From positions 7,019 through 71,018 of the forward strand of contig CAVTBB010000003.1 of assembly GCA_963732855.1 (NCBI GenBank): a DNA stretch of 64,000 bases, written 5' to 3'. The notes below the pieces were generated by a model. It was not told the origin of the DNA and made no database searches. It worked only from the letters and a program-made list of their open reading frames with translations. Position 1 is the stretch's first letter. Each line of letters opens with the position of its first letter. This stretch comes from an uncultured Methanomassiliicoccales archaeon. Its GTDB lineage: Archaea; Thermoplasmatota; Thermoplasmata; Methanomassiliicoccales; UBA472. A program made the translations under genes and the position numbers. Positions 1-7,900 of this stretch are shown piece by piece.

Positions 1-2
1 TG

Positions 3-380
3 GTGGACGAGCCTGTGCTCTTCCGGCAGCTGAAGGGAGGCGAGGCTTACAATGATGCTTTCCACAAGCGAGTGGACGTGCGCCTGGCAAAGGAGTTCGG
101 CAAAGACCCTGGAACGTTGATCAGGGCGGGGGTGCGGCTCAGGGGCTCGATCAGGTCGAAAGGAAGCGCCTCGGTCGAGCTACTGCTATTCCCAAAGGTC
201 CCGGTCACGGTGATCGTGTGGCAGGGTGATGACGAGATCCCGGCATCATCCACGGTCCTGTTCGACCGCAGCATCGGCGATATCTTACCAACAGAGGACG
301 TAGCCGTGGCTGGCTCGTTCATCGTCGAGAAGCTCATCATAGCGAAGGCGGAGACATCGGTCGTTAATACAGACCAGTGA
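3..380 (+). CDS. DUF3786-like protein, C-terminal part (5' end lies outside the window)
   Basis: The ORF is open from the window edge. Its C-terminal pattern (LLLFPKVPVTVIVWQGDDEIPASSTVLFD ... LPTEDVAV) resembles DUF3786 proteins from anaerobic C1 gene clusters. The family assignment is from memory and has not been searched. Confidence 0.45.
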   Translation: MDEPVLFRQLKGGEAYNDAFHKRVDVRLAKEFGKDPGTLIRAGVRLRGSIRSKGSASVELLLFPKVPVTVIVWQGDDEIPASSTVLFDRSIGDILPTEDVAVAGSFIVEKLIIAKAETSVVNTDQ

Positions 381-2037
381 TGTAACCCTCGTCGCTTATG
401 TCGATGCCTAACGCCGAAGGGTCGGACGATAATCCAGGCATGAGCATGATGGGACCACACACCACCACAATGAACCCTGCACCGGCAGACACGAACACTT
501 CCCTGACGTTCAATACCCAGCCGGTCGGAGCGCCCTTGAGCTTCGGATTGTCGGAAAGAGACAATTGTGTTTTGGCCATGCAGACCGGCAGACGGTTCGT
601 CCCGGAGGTCTCGATCAGATGGATCGCCTTCTCCGCTCCACTCTCGTATTGGACGTCCAATGCGCCGTACATCTCGGAGGCAACGATACGGATCTTCTCC
701 TTAAGGGGTAGTTTCGTATCGTAAAGGAAACGGAAATTCGGGCGCTCGTTCTCCAGGACATCCAGCACCTGCTTCGCCAGATCCGCCCCGCCCTCACCGC
801 CCCTGGAGAACACATCGGACAGTGCGCAGCGGACCCCTTTGCTCTTACAGTGATCCAATACGATCTGGATCTCCTCATCGGTGTCAGCGGCGAAATGGTT
901 CAACGCCACCACCATAGGGATGCCGAACTTGCGGATGTTCTCGATGTGCTTGTCCAAGTTGGCGAAGCCCCGCCTTAGCCCGTCGCAATCCTTCTCGCAC
1001 ACCCTGTCCACCGGGACGTTCCCATGCATCTTTAGTGCACGGATCGAGGCAACGATGACAGCGCAGTCCGCGTGGATGCCTTCGTTGCGGCATACTATAT
1101 CGAAGAACTTCTCCGCACCCAGGTCGGCGGCGAAACCCGCCTCGGTGACGACGATGTCGGCCATCTTGAGGGCGTATTTTGTTGCGGTTATCGATGAATT
1201 GCCGTGCGCGATGTTGGCGAAGGGAAAACCATGGATGAAGAAGGGTTCGCCCTCAAGGGTCTGGACCAGGTTCGGGAATATGGCATCCTTCAGTAGAAGG
1301 GCCAATGCGCCAACGCATCCGAACTGAGCGACGGTGACCGGTTCTCCATCATATGTGTAGGCCACGATCATCCTTCCCAGGCGTTCCTTCAGGTCCGCCA
1401 TCGAGGTGGCGAGTGCAAGTATGGCGCTGATCTCCGTCGCCACCGTGATTATGAAACCGCTCTCATGTGGGGTCCCGCCCTCGGTTCGGCCCCCCAATCC
1501 GACCACGATATGCCGGAGCTCGCGGCAATTCATGTCCATCGCCTTGCGCAGGACGATCCGGGTGGGATCGACGTTGAGCTGGTTCCTCTTGGTTATGCTA
1601 TTCTCCAGGATCGCCGAGAGCAGATTGTTGGCAGCTCCGACCGCGTGTATGTCGCCGGTGAAATGCAGGTCGATGTCCCACATCGGGTAGACCTGCGAAT
1701 ACCCTCCGCCGGTGGCGCCCCCCTTGATACCGAAGGTGGGTCCGAGCGACGGTTCGCGGATCGCTCCCATTACCCGCTTATTGAGCCTGCCTAATGCCTG
1801 CACCAGACCTATGGTGGTGACGGTCTTGCCTTCTCCAGCCGGCGTGGCGGTGATCGCGGTCATAAGGACCAGCTTTCCGACCGGGTAGCCGTCGAACTTC
1901 CTTAGGACGCTCAAAGGCACCTTGGCCATGTACTTACCGTATAGGACGATGTCATCCTTGTCCAGGCCGATCGATGATGCGATCTCCTCAATAGGCTTGG
2001 CTTTGACTTCTTGAGCGATCTCGATGTTGGTCTTCAT
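364..2037 (-). CDS. fhs: formate--tetrahydrofolate ligase
   Basis: The 592-aa ORF is full-length FTHFS-like from its internal Met (MKTNIEIAQEV...). It carries TPAGEGKTVTTIGL, and from the ATG at 2037 it is 557 aa. The 35 upstream codons look non-conserved. Confidence 0.93.
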   Translation of the reverse strand: MKTNIEIAQEVKAKPIEEIASSIGLDKDDIVLYGKYMAKVPLSVLRKFDGYPVGKLVLMTAITATPAGEGKTVTTIGLVQALGRLNKRVMGAIREPSLGPTFGIKGGATGGGYSQVYPMWDIDLHFTGDIHAVGAANNLLSAILENSITKRNQLNVDPTRIVLRKAMDMNCRELRHIVVGLGGRTEGGTPHESGFIITVATEISAILALATSMADLKERLGRMIVAYTYDGEPVTVAQFGCVGALALLLKDAIFPNLVQTLEGEPFFIHGFPFANIAHGNSSITATKYALKMADIVVTEAGFAADLGAEKFFDIVCRNEGIHADCAVIVASIRALKMHGNVPVDRVCEKDCDGLRRGFANLDKHIENIRKFGIPMVVALNHFAADTDEEIQIVLDHCKSKGVRCALSDVFSRGGEGGADLAKQVLDVLENERPNFRFLYDTKLPLKEKIRIVASEMYGALDVQYESGAEKAIHLIETSGTNRLPVCMAKTQLSLSDNPKLKGAPTGWVLNVREVFVSAGAGFIVVVCGPIMLMPGLSSDPSALGIDISDEGYITGLY

Positions 2038-2181
2038 TGGCTCCACCCTGCGGATGGACAGGTATACGGAACTGCGTCTTAATAGTTGGACATCGACCTT
2101 TCGTGAACCTGACCAGCAGTCCCGATAGGGGGCATCGAACATTTATTATTTAGCGGGTGGATAAGGTGGCGCCGTGAACTC

Positions 2182-3072
2182 ATGACCGCCAGCATGATCC
2201 AAGGAAAGCCCATCGCCGACGAAATCAGGAAGGAACTGAGGGAAAGGATCGCGATCTTGAGGGATAAGGGCGTGGTCCCGGGATTGGCGGTCGTTCTGGT
2301 CGGGGACGATGCCGCCTCGCAGACATACGTCCGTATGAAAGGCAAATCCAGCGAGGAACTGGGCATGTATTCACAGACGATCATTAGGCCCAGGGACCTT
2401 TCCGAAGAGAACCTGCTCCGGCTGATCGACGAGCTCAACGCCGATCCCCGGGTCCATGGCATCCTGGTCCAATTGCCGTTGCCGCCCCATATCGATGAGC
2501 GGAAAGTGCTCATCCGCATCGACCCGGGGAAGGACGTGGACGCGTTCCATCCGTTCAATGTGGGAAAGATCCTGATCGGTGACCAAACCGGTTTTCTGCC
2601 TGCCACGCCCTATGGGATCCAGGAATTGCTCATCCGCAGCGGGAACGCGCCGTCCGGCAAACACGTGGTCATCCTGGGAAGGAGCAACATCGTGGGGAAG
2701 CCTTTGGCGGCGATGCTGATGCAGAAGGACGAGCGGGCCAACGCCACGGTCACGGTCTGCCATTCCAAGACCGAGGGCCTAGCAGATATCACCCGCAGCG
2801 CTGACATATTGATCTCTGCGATGGGGGCGGGGGCCTCGTATGTGACGGCGGACATGGTCAAACCCGGTGTGGTCGTCATCGACGTCGGTTCGAACCGGGT
2901 TCCAGATGACAGCTCTCCCCGGGGCTATCGCCTTGTTGGGGACGTAGATTTCGATTCGGTCAAGATGACGGCCGCTGCCATAACGCCCGTCCCGGGAGGG
3001 GTGGGTCCGATGACCATAGTCATGCTCATGCGCAACACCGTCAAGGCGGCGGAGATGATGCTGGAACGATAA
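2182..3072 (+). CDS. folD: bifunctional 5,10-methylene-THF dehydrogenase / methenyl-THF cyclohydrolase
   Basis: The 296-aa product has FolD motifs LAVVLVGDDAASQTYV, ILGRSNIVGKP and PVPGGVGPMT. It is divergent from fhs. Confidence 0.93.
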   Translation: MTASMIQGKPIADEIRKELRERIAILRDKGVVPGLAVVLVGDDAASQTYVRMKGKSSEELGMYSQTIIRPRDLSEENLLRLIDELNADPRVHGILVQLPLPPHIDERKVLIRIDPGKDVDAFHPFNVGKILIGDQTGFLPATPYGIQELLIRSGNAPSGKHVVILGRSNIVGKPLAAMLMQKDERANATVTVCHSKTEGLADITRSADILISAMGAGASYVTADMVKPGVVVIDVGSNRVPDDSSPRGYRLVGDVDFDSVKMTAAAITPVPGGVGPMTIVMLMRNTVKAAEMMLER

Positions 3073-3141
3073 CGCTTTCAACATTTTATATCGCCGCCCG
3101 AAAAAGTATAAGTGCGGTAACCCAATTCCACCCCTGCTGAA

Positions 3142-3804
3142 ATGTTGCGCGAATGTGGTGAGCATGGATATTTCCGGGGTGACGTCTGCCCGGTCTGCGG
3201 TGAAGAGGGCAAGTTCCTGATGAACGAACAGGAACTGGAACAGATCGGAAGGACCATGGCCGGAGTGCTCCGCCACTTCCCGGAGAAGTTCGGGTTGGAG
3301 ATGGACGACCAAGGTTTCATCAACCTGAGGGAGTTCGTCAACGCTCTTAAGAACCAGAGCAAAAGGTATCACTGGCTCAGGCCTCATCACATCATCGCTA
3401 TAATCGAGACCGATCCCAAAGGCCGCTACCAGATCAGCAATGACATGATCCGTGCCACCTACGGGCATTCGATCGACCTGAACCTGAGGCTCCCGACGGA
3501 AAACATCCCAGACAGCCTGTTCTATCCCACAACACCGGAAGAGGCCGACATCCTGCTGGAGACCGGACTTAAGCCCTCCGATCGGAAGATGGTGCACCTA
3601 TCCAAGACCTACAACGATGCGTTGTCTGCCGGAAAGGTCAGGACCGTAGAGCCGGTCATCTTGGAGATCGATGCGAAGAGGGCCATAGATGAGGGAATCG
3701 TCATCGGACAGGCAGGAAGGACCGTGTTCCTCGCGCCGGAGATCCCGTCCGAATGCTTGAGAAAGGCCGAGGCACCGGTAGAAGAAGAAGTCATTACCGA
3801 CTGA
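3142..3804 (+). CDS. kptA: RNA 2'-phosphotransferase (Tpt1/KptA family) with N-terminal Cys motif
   Basis: The 220-aa product has an N-terminal C..H..C..C segment. The KptA/Tpt1-like core follows (GVLRHFPEKFGL, GFINL, YHIIAII, HLSKT). Confidence 0.8.
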   Translation: MLRECGEHGYFRGDVCPVCGEEGKFLMNEQELEQIGRTMAGVLRHFPEKFGLEMDDQGFINLREFVNALKNQSKRYHWLRPHHIIAIIETDPKGRYQISNDMIRATYGHSIDLNLRLPTENIPDSLFYPTTPEEADILLETGLKPSDRKMVHLSKTYNDALSAGKVRTVEPVILEIDAKRAIDEGIVIGQAGRTVFLAPEIPSECLRKAEAPVEEEVITD

Positions 3805-3820
3805 GACCTAACGGACCAGT

Positions 3821-3831
3821 TCTTTTCTTTC
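3821..3831 (+). terminator. oligo-T tract downstream of kptA
   Basis: The tract tcttttctttc starts 17 nt after the kptA stop. Archaeal termination typically uses T-runs. Confidence 0.3.
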
Positions 3832-3916
3832 TAGTCCTCATCCGACATGCAATGTTATTCCACCCAGACAGAAAACTGGAGAATAGGATTTGCTATATCG
3901 GATAATCCGTCAAAAA

Positions 3917-4186
3917 TCAGTTCAATGGGTGAACGATCTCTAGGACTTGGAAAACGACCGTTGCCGCGAAAACCAACAATAACGGTACGACTACCGCATC
4001 CAACGTCGCCAAGATCTTCTTCGACCTCAAGGATGATGCGGTGATGAGCTCTCTAGATGACAGAAGCATGACCAGAAGGATAGCGATAAGTGCCCCTCCG
4101 ACACCGCCACTGATGACAGCCGTCATGGATACAGCGCTCGACGCTGCGCTTGACGTTAGAGTTGATGCCGCCATTACTAAGCTCAT
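3917..4186 (-). CDS. hypothetical small membrane protein (two predicted hydrophobic helices)
   Basis: The 89-aa ORF has two hydrophobic stretches (GGVGGALIAILLVMLL and VVVPLLLVFAATVVF). I recognise no family. Confidence 0.3.
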   Translation of the reverse strand: MSLVMAASTLTSSAASSAVSMTAVISGGVGGALIAILLVMLLSSRELITASSLRSKKILATLDAVVVPLLLVFAATVVFQVLEIVHPLN

Positions 4187-4350
4187 TTCATCACTCTGTA
4201 GGAAATCAAGCCTATTTAAGACTATCCGGCTAAATCACCTATGTGAAAACTATGCTGCTGGATTGCTTTGAGGCCGATATATTGGAACACATTGCATTTT
4301 CGATGGACCGTCCGACAATTTGATATTCCTGTGCAGGCCTAGGTAAGAAC

Positions 4351-5208
4351 GTGTTCGTGCGTGCCGATCGATTGCTCCTGGGTTCAAACCCGGAGTCGTA
4401 TCCGCAGCATGCCATTTCTTTTGGATGGGATGATTACAAGCCCCTACTGGAAGCGTTTGACGAAAGGACCGAAAAGGTCGTGGAGATCGCCCTTGAGGAG
4501 ATCGACTGGCATATATCCGAGGAGCGGAGATGTGTAGGGCGATATAATCCAGACGGCTACCGACCCTGTCCGTCCAAGAAGAAGGTCGAAAGATTTGATC
4601 AGTGCACGAACTGTGCCTCGGTGTGGATCGGACACCAGGAATGCATTTTCGAACCCCGGTGCAATGGTACCCTGTGCGATTCCGAGATATGCAGAAGGAA
4701 GCATGTGGTCTATGTTGCGTTCCACGGGGACATGATCAAGATCGGGATGACATCGAGCTCCAGGCTGAAAGAGCGGGGCATCGAGCAGGGCGCAGATGCT
4801 ATCGCCCCTATAGTCGATTGCTGCAATCGGATGGAGGCCAGAGCAGTTGAGAATCAGGTATCTCGGCTCCTGAAGGCACGCCAAACGGTATCAAAGAAGG
4901 AATCATTAAGGACCATTCTCAGGGAGACCGATGCCGGGTTATACGAATCCAGATATGAGGGTGTTCTGGCCCAGGTCTCCAAGGTCCTTCCCACGAAGAA
5001 TGCCCCGCTGGAAGTGCTTGACTCTTACCCGGTGGTTTTCTCCAACCGAGGACATGTAGAGGTCACCAGGCTGGAGGGGAGGCACGTCGGGAATAAGGTC
5101 GCAATAAAAGGGAAGTTCCTGGTTTATAGGTCGAGGACCAGCAAGGAATTGAAGGCGCTGCATCTCTCCAACTTGCCCTCTCACTTTATCAGAACGCAAG
5201 GGACATGA
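4351..5208 (+). CDS. Cys-rich hypothetical protein, DUF2797-like
   Basis: The 285-aa product has Cys clusters (CPSKKK..C.NC, C..PRCNGTLCDSEIC). A HVVYVAFHGDMIKIGMTSSSRLKERGIEQGADAI block follows, resembling my recollection of DUF2797. The family assignment is unverified. Confidence 0.55.
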   Translation: MFVRADRLLLGSNPESYPQHAISFGWDDYKPLLEAFDERTEKVVEIALEEIDWHISEERRCVGRYNPDGYRPCPSKKKVERFDQCTNCASVWIGHQECIFEPRCNGTLCDSEICRRKHVVYVAFHGDMIKIGMTSSSRLKERGIEQGADAIAPIVDCCNRMEARAVENQVSRLLKARQTVSKKESLRTILRETDAGLYESRYEGVLAQVSKVLPTKNAPLEVLDSYPVVFSNRGHVEVTRLEGRHVGNKVAIKGKFLVYRSRTSKELKALHLSNLPSHFIRTQGT

Positions 5209-5555
5209 TAATATCGCGAATGGAAATTGTATACCAATGATCATCCGACAAGAATGCGGGTAGGTTGTTGTATCCTGCTTGCCCTTCCAATCCCTGTTTA
5301 TTTGGGTGAAATCACCGCGTCCGTTCATTATGGCGAGGTTGGCACCTTCAAGGCGACAGCTGGTAGTCGAACCGCATTCCTATAATGGTCGCCGCCCGCC
5401 CCGATCATATCATCTAGCTCAGAAGTAGAGAGCTGCGAGATCTTTCGTTCCATCGACAATTTCGAAAATTTTGTGGTTATAGCGACTTTCCCCCCGGACA
5501 GGTTAACTATATGGACAACGACGTAGGGAAATGGGGATATCCGATGTGACGGTCG

Positions 5556-5930
5556 TCAACTCAGTGGGACATGGGGTGACCCGACGGTCCGACCCCGGTA
5601 CTGCCGGTGTGTGGCCCTCAGAACCTGATCTTGAAATTCGTCCCCGACCGATACGGCCTGACTCGATACCAGTGACGATATCGTGGATGCCCCCGAATTC
5701 GATCGCGGGTTTCTCCCACCACCTAGTGTGGATCGGTAAGATGGGGGTGCATATTGTGAAAGGAACGCCAACTCGTCAACGGGACGGTATCGGTCGCCTG
5801 GGACAACCAGTACCTTGTCGAGGCCTTCTACGAGGATGGGAACATGGTGTATTCGGATCACCTCGATTTCGGTGGACCTATGTTCGAAGGAGATGATGGG
5901 CATGTTCGCAATGAACATCCTGCTCTTCAT
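5556..5930 (-). CDS. hypothetical protein, possibly frame-disrupted
   Basis: The first ~60 aa look protein-like (MKSRMFIANMPIISFEHRSTEIEVIRIHHVPILVEGLDKVLVVPGDRYRPVDELAF). The tail is low-complexity. A second minus frame is open from ~5775 to 5503 with no start codon. Confidence 0.3.
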   Translation of the reverse strand: MKSRMFIANMPIISFEHRSTEIEVIRIHHVPILVEGLDKVLVVPGDRYRPVDELAFLSQYAPPSYRSTLGGGRNPRSNSGASTISSLVSSQAVSVGDEFQDQVLRATHRQYRGRTVGSPHVPLS

Positions 5931-6121
5931 TTCGGTCGAACTGATCGCCTTGGCCCTGGTCTGTCGTGGTCCTGACGATCCGCTGGCATCATCGAAAGAA
6001 GCACCGTCATGAGTGAACCGAACCGAAGCGCAGACGATGGCTCCAGCATCCGCTCCCTAGAAATGTAAATAAGGAATCAAGCTATCTTTGCCACCAGCTA
6101 GGTCACTAGAAGGTAAATCAG

Positions 6122-7075
6122 ATGACCAAGATCCTCAATCCAGAAGAGATCAGACAAAAGTTCGGTCAATATTTCTGCCGCGGCATTTACACGCTAGTAG
6201 ATGAGAAGAACGGTGTCGCCCAGATCATCGAAGAATGCAGCGCCAGAGGACCAGTGGAATGGGATGCGGTGAACCGCAAGAGGGCCCAGGGCGCCTTGAC
6301 CAAGATCAGGGTGGAAGGGATTACGCTGATCATGGACGCGATCATAGGCGAAGGAGAGCTGAAGTTCGGCGCCGCCTCGAAGGAACTGGGAGGTCAGGGA
6401 CTGAGATCGGTCAAGATCGACGGTGACAGAGTAAGGACCACCTGGGTAGGACTGGCCGGGGCGAGCGTGGGAATTGGGGCCTGCATGCCGCAAGGTCCGG
6501 GGACCATCTGCGCCGAGTATCCGGATGATATCAAGATCGGTGGGGCTCACCGGATCGAGGTAACGGTGGTCACGCCGAAACTGGTCCGCGTGGTCATCGG
6601 TGTCGACGATACCGACACGAGGGAAAAAGGAGCGACCTGGGCTTCAGTCCTCAAGATAGCCAGGGCTTGCACGATCGGGCATTTCCTGGAACACAAGATC
6701 ATCCAGCTGAACCCGGAAGCGCCGGAGAAGACGACCAACTGTACTTCATCCGCAGTATCATTTGCTGTCGCTGAGAAGGATGTAGAAGAACTGATCCAGT
6801 ATTTCGTCGATAGCGTCCGTAAGGAGACTTTATCCGACCACACGGTGGTCGCGGCATTTATCGGCTTGAAGATACCGGACCCATTGGTCAAATATGGCTG
6901 GGAGGCAAAGAGCATCCTTTATCATGTCGATTCCGCCTTCCGAGTCGCTGAACAGAACGGAGTCCGAATTACAGTGATAACCGGCAGAGGAGGGGCGATC
7001 GGCGCCGTTTCCGCTATCGGATGCTTCGACCTTGGGTTGAAAGCAGCAGGCCTGCCCGAGGATTTCGAAAACTAG
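6122..7075 (+). CDS. methanogenesis-marker-11-like / TiaS-N-terminal-like protein
   Basis: The 317-aa product has a central VVIGVDDTDTREKGATW motif, like the IGIDDTDS motif of TiaS-type domains. A Gly-rich WVGLAGASVGIGAC segment precedes it. The assignment to methanogenesis marker 11 is from memory. Confidence 0.45.
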   Translation: MTKILNPEEIRQKFGQYFCRGIYTLVDEKNGVAQIIEECSARGPVEWDAVNRKRAQGALTKIRVEGITLIMDAIIGEGELKFGAASKELGGQGLRSVKIDGDRVRTTWVGLAGASVGIGACMPQGPGTICAEYPDDIKIGGAHRIEVTVVTPKLVRVVIGVDDTDTREKGATWASVLKIARACTIGHFLEHKIIQLNPEAPEKTTNCTSSAVSFAVAEKDVEELIQYFVDSVRKETLSDHTVVAAFIGLKIPDPLVKYGWEAKSILYHVDSAFRVAEQNGVRITVITGRGGAIGAVSAIGCFDLGLKAAGLPEDFEN

Positions 7076-7204
7076 ATGTGCCTGAAAGTAATGGTAAGAG
7101 AGTAAGGAGGGAATCCCATCAAGAACGAGATCTCCAGGGTCATCGCCAATACGGCGTACCAGACCTATGAGCGAAAGCTTCAGAAAGAGGTCGAGGAAGG
7201 TCAG

Positions 7205-7900
7205 GTGCCAAGGCACGTGGCCATCATCATGGATGGTAACCGCCGTTTCGCCAAGGAGTTTGGCCTCAGCACCACAGAGGGCCACATCAAGGGCAAGGAC
7301 AAGCTGGAGGAGGTCATGGAATGGTGCCGGGAACTGGGAATCAAGATCCTGACGGTTTATGCCTTCAGCACCGAGAACCTCAACCGGGATTCGGACGAGA
7401 TCGAGTACCTGATGAAGCTGTTCGAAGACAACTTCAGGCGGCTGGCTACAGATGAGCGGATCCATAAGTACCATATTCGGATTACCGTGATCGGCCAGAG
7501 GGAGCTGCTCCCGAAAAGGGTACAGAAGGTCATCGAGGAGGCAGAGGAAGCCACCAAGGAGTATGACTCATACTTCTACAACATCGCCATCGCCTATGGC
7601 AGCAGACAGGAGATCATTCAGGCCATCAAGCAGATTGCCGAGGCGGTGAAGGACGGAAGGATGGAAGTGCAGGATATCGACGAAGAGGTCTTTTCCAAGT
7701 ACCTCTACACCGCCGATTTCCCCGACCCAGACCTGATCCTGCGTACCTCCGGGGAAGAACGCATATCGAACTTCCTGCTCTGGCAACTGGCATATGCCGA
7801 GCTGTACTTCACCGACGTTTACTGGCCCGGATTCCGAAAAGTGGATTTCATGCGGGCTATCCGTTCATACCAACTGAGACAACGTCGCTTCGGCAAGTGA
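7205..7900 (+). CDS. uppS: cis-prenyltransferase (undecaprenyl/di-trans,poly-cis-prenyl diphosphate synthase)
   Basis: Motifs HVAIIMDGNRRFA and RTSGEERISNFLLWQLAYAELYF are present. The coordinates use the first canonical start (GTG 7205). UppS-like sequence continues in frame upstream to 7106; see findings. Confidence 0.88.
   Translation: MPRHVAIIMDGNRRFAKEFGLSTTEGHIKGKDKLEEVMEWCRELGIKILTVYAFSTENLNRDSDEIEYLMKLFEDNFRRLATDERIHKYHIRITVIGQRELLPKRVQKVIEEAEEATKEYDSYFYNIAIAYGSRQEIIQAIKQIAEAVKDGRMEVQDIDEEVFSKYLYTADFPDPDLILRTSGEERISNFLLWQLAYAELYFTDVYWPGFRKVDFMRAIRSYQLRQRRFGK

Noticed and set aside
4378-4400. T-arm-like sequence gggttcaaacccgg.
   Set aside because: It lies inside the 5' part of a well-supported CDS. 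The flanks do not form a 5-bp T-stem or an acceptor stem.
5405-5470. tRNA-like D-arm string (catctagctcagaagtagagagctgcgag) in the intergenic region after the DUF2797-like gene.
   Set aside because: I could not fold a matching anticodon stem, T-arm (GTTCRANYC) or acceptor stem by eye. It resembles only the D-arm consensus.
7073-7105. The mmp11-like gene and uppS are in the same reading frame. I considered TAG read-through (pyrrolysine-type) or a gene fusion.
   Set aside because: The TAG at 7073 is followed ten codons later by an in-frame TAA (7103). The two proteins are unrelated families, and nothing in the window suggests TAG recoding.
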